The notes under the pieces were generated by a model. The model saw nothing but the letters and a program-made list of their open reading frames with translations. It was not told the origin of the DNA and did not search any database. Made by a program: the position numbers and the translations under genes. Positions 35,908 to 45,480 of a DNA stretch of 45,480 nt are shown piece by piece (the first letter of the stretch is position 1; every line of letters starts with the position of its first letter). Source of the DNA: Octopus bimaculoides (Eukaryota); the NCBI RefSeq assembly GCF_001194135.2, contig NC_068988.1, positions 93,269,070 through 93,314,549 of the forward strand, read 5' to 3'.

Positions 35908-36788
35908 CAGGGTACGATCGATAAATTGTCACCATTTTATATTTTTAATTTCGCACAAGCACATTGTTTTTGATTTTGTCGACTACACAGTATAGTAGGG
36001 TCCGTTGGGCACCGCCTATGAAAAAAACAGCACATAAAGCAATTCACACTGCCAGAAATTTGGAAAAAACACGCTGCACTGCTTGGCATTCGCGCCGGAA
36101 ACTTCAATACGAATATTTCAGAGTGTTTGGGTGTCAATCTGAGGACAGTGAAATCTTAGCACATGTACCGAGAGTGATAAAAATCAAACATCCAGTCAAT
36201 ATCATGGTGTTTGGAGTGATCACTAGTGATGACGACGTTATGTCTCCATTCATCTTCCCACACAGCCTCAGACTTAACACGGAGGCCTACATCAAGTTCA
36301 TAGAGGAGGTAGTGCTGCCCTGGGTCAAGAGGGTGGCTGCTGGAAGACCTTATGTCTGGCAACAGGACTTTGCACCATGCCACACAAGCAAGAGAACCCA
36401 GTCATGGCTGTCCGACAATTTCTGCGACCACACCACCCCTAACATCTGACTACCTAACTCCCCAGACTGCAACCTCCTTGATTACTATATGTGGGTCGCA
36501 GTTGAGCGAGAGACCAACAAAACTCCTGGTAACACCAAAGATGAACTGAAGGCAAGGATTATGGCAGCATTCACCAACTTAAAAAAGGAGACCGTCCAGA
36601 AGAGGTGCAGGAGATTCCGAAGTCGTCTGGAGGCCGTGGTTCAAACCAATGGCGATTTTATGGAATAAATTTACTCTTTAGTATTTCAAGATATTTTTAT
36701 GTAATTTCGGTAAATATGTCAGTTAAAATAAGATGTCAGTGTTATTTTTCTTTTTGCGTAATTTAGACAATTTATTCACCACACCCTG
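35908..36788 (+). mobile_element. Internally deleted Tc1/mariner DD37D (maT) transposon
   Basis: TA-flanked imperfect TIRs (cagggtacgatcgataaattgtc / rev. comp. cagggtgtggtgaataaattgtc). Contains a transposase C-terminal half. Confidence 0.9.
36156..36668 (+). pseudogene. DD37D transposase remnant
   Basis: KHPVNIMVFGVITSD...WQQDFAPCHTSKRTQSWL...NI*LPNSPDCNLLDYYMW...FRSRLEAVVQTNGDFME*. 37 residues between the second and third Asp; in-frame TGA at 36447 where Trp is expected; HTH and first Asp missing. Confidence 0.88.
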
Positions 36789-37289
36789 TATATATANNNN
36801 NNNNNNNNNNNNNNNNNNNNNNNNNNNNNNNNNNNNNNNNNNNNNNNNNNNNNNNNNNNNNNNNNNNNNNNNNNNNNNNNNNNNNNNNNNNNNNNNNNNN
36901 NNNNNNNNNNNNNNNNNNNNNNNNNNNNNNNNNNNNNNNNNNNNNNNNNNNNNNNNNNNNNNNNNNNNNNNNNNNNNNNNNNNNNNNNNNNNNNNNNNNN
37001 NNNNNNNNNNNNNNNNNNNNNNNNNNNNNNNNNNNNNNNNNNNNNNNNNNNNNNNNNNNNNNNNNNNNNNNNNNNNNNNNNNNNNNNNNNNNNNNNNNNN
37101 NNNNNNNNNNNNNNNNNNNNNNNNNNNNNNNNNNNNNNNNNNNNNNNNNNNNNNNNNNNNNNNNNNNNNNNNNNNNNNTATATATACATATATATACATA
37201 TATGTATGGATATCCTGTTGCTTATGTTGATATTTATTTATATATATATATATACATATATATATATGTGTGCATGTGTGTGTGTACTG

Positions 37290-37321
<32 letters not shown>

Positions 37322-37375
37322 TTACTAGCTTCAGTCATTGAGGTGTGGACATGCGGGGGTATACACACGCACACG

Positions 37376-37409
<34 letters not shown>

Positions 37410-37504
37410 AGTACGTATGTGTGTGTGTGTACACATACAAGCATGCATGCAAGCATTCATACATGCATACATACATACATGAATGGCATAAAAAGCAGTA
37501 AACA

Positions 37505-37925
37505 TTGACGGACGCCAAATATAGGCTGTGCCAAACTAAAGCAGAAGACATCAACAATATTATTATTGCCGACTGCGAGAGAATGTTTTCTCGATATTAT
37601 TTTCCCATGACGCACGATGCAGTGGCCAGAATATTCTGGAACAGAATAAGAAAAAAAAAAAAGAAAAAGAAAACACCAGACAACATTTGAGTATTTTGAG
37701 AGTGATGGGTGAAAGGAATATTCGTAGAACTTAAGAATTAAAATAACAACCGAGTTAAAACACAATCGGGCAGATATTGTTGTGTGGAACAATGGAAAAG
37801 AAATGCTTTGTTGTGGAAATCAGCGGCCCTCCGGACACCAATGTGATCAGAAACAATACAGGTGTAAGACGACGTTTATGGATTTAAGGTACCCTTTCGG
37901 TTTCATGCCTATTATTATTGGAAGA
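37505..37925 (+). pseudogene. RLE non-LTR retrotransposon relic (zinc knuckle plus endonuclease)
   Basis: YRLCQTKAEDINNIIIADC..YFPMTHDAVARIFW (decayed CCHC/RHD), then KHNRADIVVWNN, KCFVVEISGPPDTNV and FMPIIIG, with stops and frameshifts. Confidence 0.8.
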
Positions 37926-38029
37926 GAAGGACACGTTCCTGCCTGGTGCAAAATATGACTGAACTTGGGTTCTTCGACAGAGAATGCGACTCTTTAATTC
38001 AAGGTCGATGTCTGGAACTATAAATATCT

Positions 38030-38380
38030 GCAAGGTGAAGCTTGCTTCCCAATCACGTGGTTCCGGGTTCATTCCCACTGCATGGTATCTTGGGCAGGTG
38101 TTTTGTCTACAGCCTCGGCCGACAAAGATTTTTTGAGGAGATTTGGTGGACGAAAACTGAAAGAAGCTTGTCTTGTATACATATATATCTATGTGTTTGT
38201 ATATTTGAGTCTGTGTTTGTCTCCCATCACCGTTTGACGACCGGTGTTAGTGTATTTACGTCCCATAACTTTAGCGGTTCAAGAAAAGAGTTCAACAGAA
38301 TAAGCACCAGGTTTAAAAACAATTAAGTAGTGGGGTCGAATCGTTCGGCTGAAAATCCTTCAAGACGGTGCTCCAGCATG
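38030..38380 (+). mobile_element. SINE family A
   Basis: agcttgcttcccaatcacgtggttccgggttc...ggggtcgaatcgttcggct...cggtgctccagcatgg. Confidence 0.75.
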
Positions 38381-38381
38381 G

Positions 38382-38545
38382 ATTACATGAGGTGAAGAGG
38401 GATAGAGAGGTGCGAGTCTTACTTCAATGGCAGTAAGAGGTGCAGGCTATGCTTAGCAGAGAAAAGAACTTTACTAATAACACTCTCTTCACACGGATAC
38501 CTACTCAAGCTGCAAAAACATGAAAGGAAATATGCGGTTGATTAA
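38382..38545 (+). pseudogene. Penelope-like element relic (C-terminus of GIY-YIG endonuclease)
   Basis: From 38402: IERCESYFNGSKRCRLCLAEKRTLL...KHERKY, matching the PLE C-terminal pattern PY..xKRCxLCLxEK...CRH. Confidence 0.75.
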
Positions 38546-39378
38546 TTATGGACTGCATCATGGTTATAAACATTAAGGCTTCCACCATCAGTTCTCCCCG
38601 TTACCACAGCCTGAGTTTATCACAGTGTTTACCACATCAAACTTTACATACAAGCACACACATACATATACACATACACATCGACACACATGATTTTATG
38701 ATTGGATGCACCGAGTGAAACGTTTCTAGAATCGATTGCTCGTTTGTCAGTGGGCCATCCTATCGACTTAGAATAGCTGTAGTTCTTTTATCATATATGC
38801 AATATTCATCAAGGTGTAAATATTACCTGGGAAAAGTCAAGAAGAGTGGTTAAGTGAAATATTCTTCTATGACAATGCGGGAGAGACGAGCTGTAAAAAG
38901 ATCCCGAAAAATAAGCATGAAGAATTTCTGGAACAACATTAGCTTTAAACAGTAATTCGATTCACACATTTGATTTTGATTTTGTTTTTTTGTTCATTTC
39001 TGTTTACTCTTGGTTTAGTTGATGCAGCTTTAAGGAAAGAACGGACCCTGTAAATAGTAGAAAAGACAAAAATAAAAGCAAAAACGTTCCGTGTGTATTT
39101 GACGATGCCTGTCTCCTTTAGGATCATTGTTTGTAGTTCAGCGCCAGCCAACTTTTGCTAAGTAAACGACTAGGTTTTGATGCCACACGTTCAATGTTTG
39201 CTTTAATTATTTGCTGAATGATCAACCGAACGAAGAATGTTAAAAATGTCAACTATTACTGCTACAACAAAGACGGAAGTAACTGAATACAAGTGCCTTA
39301 TGATGGATGGAAGAAACAACAAGCAAAAACCAAATGAATTTTGCCAGTCAGAAAATTGAAAGAAAAATGTCAACATAT

Positions 39379-39409
<31 letters not shown>

Positions 39410-41932
39410 NNNNNNNNNNNNNNNNNNNNNNNNNNNNNNNNNNNNNNNNNNNNNNNNNNNNNNNNNNNNNNNNNNNNNNNNNNNNNNNNNNNNNNNNNNN
39501 NNNNNNNNNNNNNNNNNNNNNNNNNNNNNNNNNNNTTATTGTTACAAATTGTAAAGTTGTATCTCTTTGTTAAAATGTTTCGTAAAAATATTTAAATAAT
39601 AATAAAAAGAAAAGCCCTCATCACGTCCTAATTGCGGTCGATGATGAGCATCATAACCTAATCAATTATTTTGACTCCAGGTTCTGAATTTAGCCAAAAT
39701 ATGGTGGCAAGCTGACAGTATCGTTAGCATGTCGGAATAAGAGGCTCTTTACGTTTGCCTTTTATCCCTGCGAGGTCAAGTACTGAGTTCAGTGGAAAAT
39801 GTGCGTTAGAGCAAAATCCAACTGTTCTAAACGGGTTAATAGGGGAGTCAAATGTGAAATTAAGTGTATAAAGTGAATGGAGAGCTGCTCACCAATGATG
39901 CCATAAGTGTTGCCAATTTGCGTAATTTTACTAGGAAAATGTAAATGAGTGTAGTTTTCTAATTTTTTGACTGATTTTGTACATTCCTAATTTAAAATGT
40001 TGATGTTTATCTGAAGACATCGTAATCAATATGGTGTTGTGTCGTATTGCGCCCTCCTTGCATATATCAATGTGTACATGCAGTATCACTAATCTTAGTC
40101 TGAGCATTGGTACCTAATGTTAGCTCCATATAGAGATGGTGCTTAATTGATCTATGAGGATGGTGGTGGGAGGAGGGATGTGGTGCTTATGTGAGACCTG
40201 CTATGCTGTACTCACAGAGTGGCATACACCATTCTATGCCTGACTGGCTGTGCTGAGTAGTACACAATATGTGGATTCTCAAGGTGGGCTCTGATTGGCT
40301 GTATGCAAATGAGTTCATTACTGGGGTCCGGAACTCTCGTAGGAAAAAAAATTCTTGACCCGGACAAGTAACATCCGCCAGGACCCTAGCTATGGTTAGC
40401 TGGCACGTCTCGGAATTGCTTCTTGAAGAAAGTCAACTCATAAACACCCCAACAGACACCGGATAGCTGAGGCCCTTCATCCCTTTAGCTGCTCATCTAA
40501 GAAAAGATAACTCCATACAAATTCTGCATTCTGTTAACTACTGGGCTCGTGGCATTTATTGTACCAAACCAATACAAGAACGAGAGTTGGACCAGTTCTG
40601 CACAAACCGTTCCTTCTATAATAATATTCACTATGCAGGCTGCTCGGCAAACCAAGACACCATCATGGCTACAGAAAAAGATTACTTTTTTTTTCTCAAA
40701 ACTATTAACAGCGAGTGGAACGGTTCGATACCAAATTATATCTGGCTCGGTGTTCTAACATGATCGAAGGACATCGGTTGCTTTCACTAATTAGCACTGA
40801 AGATAAGATTCACTTCCGCCTGCGATGTCTTTCTTTTCCAAAAATGTTTGTCGATATCATTGGAGTTATCGTTCTTGCTTGTTGCTTTTGTCTTCAGCCT
40901 GAACGAATAGTCTCAGTTAATCGAAATTATTCAACTCTCTGTATTGTACATGTACGTGTCTATTTGTTATTTGTGTGTTTTAGAATACAGAACACTCCCT
41001 TGAGGCACTTCCCGCAGCCATATTGTTGGTACTTACAATAAAGCATCTAGTTCAGCAGTTACTTTGCTTCGACCCTCTTCACTGAAGAAGAAAAAGAAGA
41101 AGAAGAAGAAGAAGAAGAAGAAGAAGAAAGGAGGAGGAGGCTGAAACTAAATATATAAACGAAAAATATAAATGTCAGACTGACAAACGAAAAGAAAAGA
41201 AAGCAAAAACGAAAGCAGGAACGTCTGCATTTGACATGTGAGTGGGGACCTCCAAACAATTTTATCTTGGTTAACTTGGCGTGTTTCCTTCGAGAGAAAA
41301 AATACTTCGAAAAATCTCCCACTGAGTTAACGACTCAGACCTCGGGCTTACAGTCAACGACTAGTGTGAAACATTTAAGAACAATTATGAGTTCGTTTTG
41401 TTTTTAACTTGTGAATTCATAAAACACAGACAATCATTTCAAAAATGCAGACTTTCCGCTGAAAAACGAAAAACATAGAAATAATTCAAGGGAAAGAAAA
41501 AAAGAAGCGAACGAAGGGCAAAAAGTTATGAACAAAAACAAAAAATAACTGTTGTCATAAGCTATTTAGATAAAAAAAATCCAGCTTTGTTATAGGAAAC
41601 ACGCTTTTTTGTGCAAGCTATATGTAATAGCACGATCGATTGGTTCGACAGAGAGTACTATCTATCTTTTTCTTTTTTAATGAACCAACTGGGGAGCATC
41701 TCTGCGGTTGCTTAATCTGCTAGAGATAGCAGTGAAATCGGCATCAAATTACACCCTGTCGCATTGGATCTCAAACGCAAGGGATATCTATATTTAGAGA
41801 ATATAATTTAAAATTAGAAAATCTATATTCACGATTGAGCGTTAAAAAATGCATTATCGTTTTCTTAGTGAACAAATATGGAAAGTAATAGTTTGTTTGC
41901 TTTGTGTACATTTTTTCTATATTCTGTAAAAT

Positions 41933-42433
41933 ACGTGAATAGATGCGCGAAGCAGTGACAGAAAGCATACAAACTTAAGACCACTTTAAATTGGCTTCAG
42001 AAATATTTGTGCCGGTAAAAGCTTTTCGCTGCAATTTGTCTTGGAGTAAAAAAAAAAAATCTTGTTTAAGATAAAAAGGCATTAAAATACGTCAGTCAGT
42101 TCAGAGAGCCCTCTGTCGGACTGATGATGGATGCATTTTGAACTCTTTTGTTCTCTTCAGTACCAGATACCAAGAGAGACAACTCTGTGCTGATTAGGAA
42201 GCGAAGCTTTCTATATTGTAAATCTCAGTTACTATTAGTTACTGATTGTGTGCATAGACCGCCAGGACAAAACAAACACGTGAGTATATGCGCGAAGCAG
42301 TAGCTGAAAGTTGACAGACTTAAGACTAATTGTACTGTTTCAGGGATATTCGAACAGTTAAAGGTTTTTCGCTGCAGTTTGTCGAGAAGGAAGAAAAAAT
42401 CTCGCTTATGAGAAAAAGGTGTTAAAATATCGT
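41933..42433 (-). repeat. Direct repeat (~155 bp, 345-bp period) flanking a decayed hammerhead
   Basis: acgtga.ta.atgcgcgaagcagt...acttaagac...ttttcgctgca.tttgtc...aaaaaatct...aaaaagg..ttaaaata at 41933-42092 and 42278-42433. Confidence 0.8.
42125..42165 (-). ncRNA. Decayed hammerhead ribozyme motif (G12>A)
   Basis: - strand: UGGUA CUGAAGA GAAC-AAAAGA-GUUC AAAA UGC AUC/CAUCA. Perfect 4-bp stem II and palindromic AUGCAU. GAAA>AAAA corresponds to CpG>TpG on the + strand. Confidence 0.55.
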
Positions 42434-42719
42434 AATGAGTTCTTTGCCACCTCTATTGGAATGGTCAATGCAAAATAAGCCAGTAATTTTGAATTTTCCT
42501 GGAGAAGAGCGCCAATCATGTCGTTAATATTTTTTGTTTTAATCTCCAGTGAGTCATAGATTAACAACCATAATCCTGTCATCTGAAACAAAGAGAGTTA
42601 CATTGCCCTGATACATAAACAGACAGGGTTGTCATGGATGGAAGCCCTTTGTTCATAGCTCTGCTTTGATAACAACAACAGTAGCGGTAACTTAAATGTT
42701 TCTATTTATCAACTTCCAA

Positions 42720-42860
42720 GAATAAGCGGTCAAAATGGAGTTCCTTCGAAGGATGTCTGGTGTAAAGTTACTCGATAGGATGCGAAGCTCGGAGATCAAG
42801 GAATCTCGCCAGCTCGAGCCGGTACTTTTCTGCGGATTAGAATGTCGCAGGAAAGAACTG
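42720..42860 (+). pseudogene. RTE-clade LINE relic (C-terminal end of RT ORF)
   Basis: KMEFLRRMSGVKLLDRMRSSEIKESRQLEPVL matches the RTE EMRFLRRxxGxxxxDRVRSSxIRE motif. Confidence 0.75.
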
Positions 42861-43004
42861 CAAGACGGATTCTTCAAGCTGTGCCAATCAGAATATTACC
42901 CAATGCTCTGCTCAAGATCAGAATAAAGATACCAAATAGTGAGACACGCATTCGTTGTTCATGACAGGAGAATTCACTATATACAATATAATTTACGAGC
43001 CTTT

Positions 43005-43317
43005 TTAAAGGAGCACTCCGTCGGTTACGACAACGAGGGTCCCAGCTGATACGATCAACGGAACAGCCTGCTCATGAAATTAACGTGCAAGTGACTGAGC
43101 AATCCACAGACGCGTGTACCCTTAACGTAGTCATTGGGGAGACTCAGCATGACACAGTGTGACAAGGCTGACCCTTTGAAATACAGGTACTACTCATTTT
43201 TGCCAGCTGAGTGGACTGGAGCAACGTGAAATAAAAGTGTCTTGCTCACGGACACAGCGTGTCGCCGGGAATCGAACTCACGACCGAATGCTCTTACCAC
43301 TAAGCCACGCGCCCTCC
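43005..43317 (-). mobile_element. tRNA-derived SINE family F with CORE/V-like central domain
   Basis: Rev. comp. gggcgcgtggcttagtggtaagagc..gagttcgattcccgg..gtgtccgtgagcaagacactt..ctccagtccactcagctg. A related + copy lies at about 350-595. Confidence 0.7.
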
Positions 43318-44514
43318 CTAATTTATGAGCCTAAGTAGATAAGATTTGCTCCTTTCATTTATCGAAAAAATAATATTCAAACAAAACTTAATAAATGAAA
43401 TTTTGTGTTCTTACATAANNNNNNNNNNNNNNNNNNNNNNNNNNNNNNNNNNNNNNNNNNNNNNNNNNNNNNNNNNNNNNNNNNNNNNNNNNNNNNNNNN
43501 NNNNNNNNNNNNNNNNNNNNNNNNNNNNNNNNNNNNNNNNNNNNNNNNNNNNNNNNNNNNNNNNNNNNNNNNNNNNNNNNNNNNNNNNNNNNNNNNNNNN
43601 NNNNNNNNNNNNNNNNNNNNNNNNNNNNNNNNNNNNNNNNNNNNNNNNNNNNNNNNNNNNNNNNNNNNNNNNNNNNNNNNNNNNNNNNNNNNNNNNNNNN
43701 NNNNNNNNNNNNNNNNNNNNNNNNNNNNNNNNNNNNNNNNNNNNNNNNNNNNNNNNNNNNNNNNNNNNNNNNNNNNNNNNNNNNNNNNNNNNNNNNNNNN
43801 NNNNNNNNNNNNNNNNNNNNNNNNNNNNNNNNNNNNNNNNNNNNNNNNNNNNNNNNNNNNNNNNNNNNNNNNNNNNNNNNNNNNNNNNNNNNNNNNNNNN
43901 NNNNNNNNNNNNNNNNNNNNNNNNNNNNNNNNNNNNNNNNNNNNNNNNNNNNNNNNNNNNNNNNNNNNNNNNNNNNNNNNNNNNNNNNNNNNNNNNNNNN
44001 NNNNNNNNNNNNNNNNNNNNNNNNNNNNNNNNNNNNNNNNNNNNNNNNNNNNNNNNNNNNNNNNNNNNNNNNNNNNNNNNNNNNNNNNNNNNNNNNNNNN
44101 NNNNNNNNNNNNNNNNNNNNNNNNNNNNNNNNNNNNNNNNNNNNNNNNNNNNNNNNNNNNNNNNNNNNNNNNNNNNNNNNNNNNNNNNNNNNNNNNNNNN
44201 NNNNNNNNNNNNNNNNNNNNNNNNNNNNNNNNNNNNNNNNNNNNNNNNNNNNNNNNNNNNNNNNNNNNNNNNNNNNNNNNNNNNNNNNNNNNNNNNNNNN
44301 NNNNNNNNNNNNNNNNNNNNNNNNNNNNNNNNNNNNNNNNNNNNNNNNNNNNNNNNNNNNNNNNNNNNNNNNNNNNNNNNNNNNNNNNNNNTATGTATGT
44401 ATGTATGCATGTATGTATGTATGTATGTGTGTGCCTGTCTGCGTGTCTGTATGTATGTATATATAAATGTGTGTGCGCGTATGTATGTGTGTGTGTGTAT
44501 TTACTTTATATAGT

Positions 44515-44770
44515 AAATGCGGCTGTGTGGCAAGAAGTTTGCTTCCCAACCACATGGTTCTGGGTTCAGTTCCACTGCATGGCTGAGAACAAAGGTGCTC
44601 CACAGGGTCAGTATCACTTTTTGGTCCCTTCTCCCGAAGGACCTGAATAATCACAAGGTTTTGGTCGGCCCGAGGCTATAGTAGAAGGTACTTGCCCAAG
44701 GTGCCACACAGTGGGACTGAACCCGGAACCATGTGGTTGGTAAGCAAGCAACTTACCACACAGTCACTCC
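44515..44770. mobile_element. Convergent SINE family A heads (+ 44515-44585, - 44650-44770)
   Basis: ggctgtgtggcaagaagtttgcttcccaaccacatgg versus ccatgtggttggtaagcaagcaacttaccacacagtcac. Confidence 0.7.
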
Positions 44771-44850
44771 ATTCCTCCCTAATTTTCTCCAAACATCTAC
44801 ATCCAACCTGGACACTTCACACCAAACAAGAACTATTTCCATGTACATAT

Positions 44851-44890
44851 ACTAGCTGACGTACCCGGTAATTCCCGAAAAAGCAGGGCT
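44851..44890 (-). mobile_element. Possible Helitron 3' terminus
   Basis: - strand cgggaattaccgggtacgtcagCTAG|t: weak GC hairpin, CTAG end and T target. Confidence 0.35.
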
Positions 44891-45229
44891 TATCCCCTGG
44901 TTCCGTTCTCGTAGTTGTTTCGCTAATCCAATAACAACAATACAAAGTATGTAGCCCTTAAAACGGTTTTTGTGCATTTACAGAGAATAGCAAAATGTCT
45001 TACAAAGGATCTTGTTTTTAGGAATTCCCAATAAGTTATGAATACCCAATTTGTAACGTCAGTTTTGTAATAACATGAAATTAGTTACCCGATAGTAAGA
45101 ATTCAAAGTAGTCCCGAAAAGGACTTTAATGCGCTCCCAGAGTATATAGAACTTTGGAGGAAATACTAATAAGGTATGTATACCAAAATCGGGAAGCATG
45201 TTATGTAATAACAGGCTAATCTTCGGTCA

Positions 45230-45480
45230 GCTATACTAAAAGACACTTGTCCAAAGTGCCATGGAGTGGCACCGAACCTGGAGCATATGATCTGGAAGGA
45301 AACTTCTTACCACACAGCCTTACCTGTGCCTATATATATATTTTTTTAATTTCTTTCAGTCATTTGACTGCGGCCATGCTGGAGCACCGCCTTTAGTCGA
45401 GCAAATCGACCCCAGGACTTATTCACTGTAAGCCTACTACTTATTCTATCGATCTCTTTTGCCGAACCGTTAAGTGACGG
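45230..45480 (-). mobile_element. SINE family A head fragment plus 3' end of another copy
   Basis: aagacacttgtccaaagtgcc...cttaccacacagcc, then cagtcatttgactgcggccatgctggagcaccgcc to the window end. Confidence 0.75.

Noticed and set aside
36139-36160. ctgagga-cagt-gaaa string
   Set aside because: No stem II or stem I is possible; it lies inside the maT element.
2547-44654. Dozens of ORFs rich in YI/HT/CV/RE/SL repeats or X runs
   Set aside because: These are translations of dinucleotide microsatellites and N gaps, not genes.
1-45480. CRISPR arrays, rRNA, intact tRNA, snRNA or prokaryotic operons
   Set aside because: None seen; the tandem structures lack a constant-repeat/unique-spacer organisation and the DNA is eukaryotic with spliceosomal introns.

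Overview
AT-rich, microsatellite- and SINE-dense animal genomic DNA with many N gaps. The repeat content looks like an octopod cephalopod; this is an inference, not shown by the sequence. The only gene I can firmly identify is the 3' end of HTATSF1 (Tat-SF1/Cus2) on the + strand: two exons (13554-13643, 16825-17115) encoding the UHM/RRM2 domain. No upstream exon was found, so 1-13553 is probably intron. The rest is repeats: several SINE families, RTE and RLE (R4/Dong- or NeSL-like) LINE relics, a Penelope GIY-YIG relic, an internally deleted DD37D (maT) transposon, and piggyBac-type and pogo-type MITEs. The most interesting unexplained structure is a set of minimal type I hammerhead-ribozyme motifs on the - strand. 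Three have intact cores (9489-9534, 24484-24544, 30463-30505) and two are decayed (5734-5769, 42125-42165); a much weaker + strand candidate lies at about 38695-38726. Two sit in unrelated non-coding repeat-unique-repeat units of 295 and 345 bp period with the same geometry, suggesting retrozyme-like or Penelope-dependent elements. All structures were folded by eye. Almost all ORFs in the track are microsatellite or gap artefacts.
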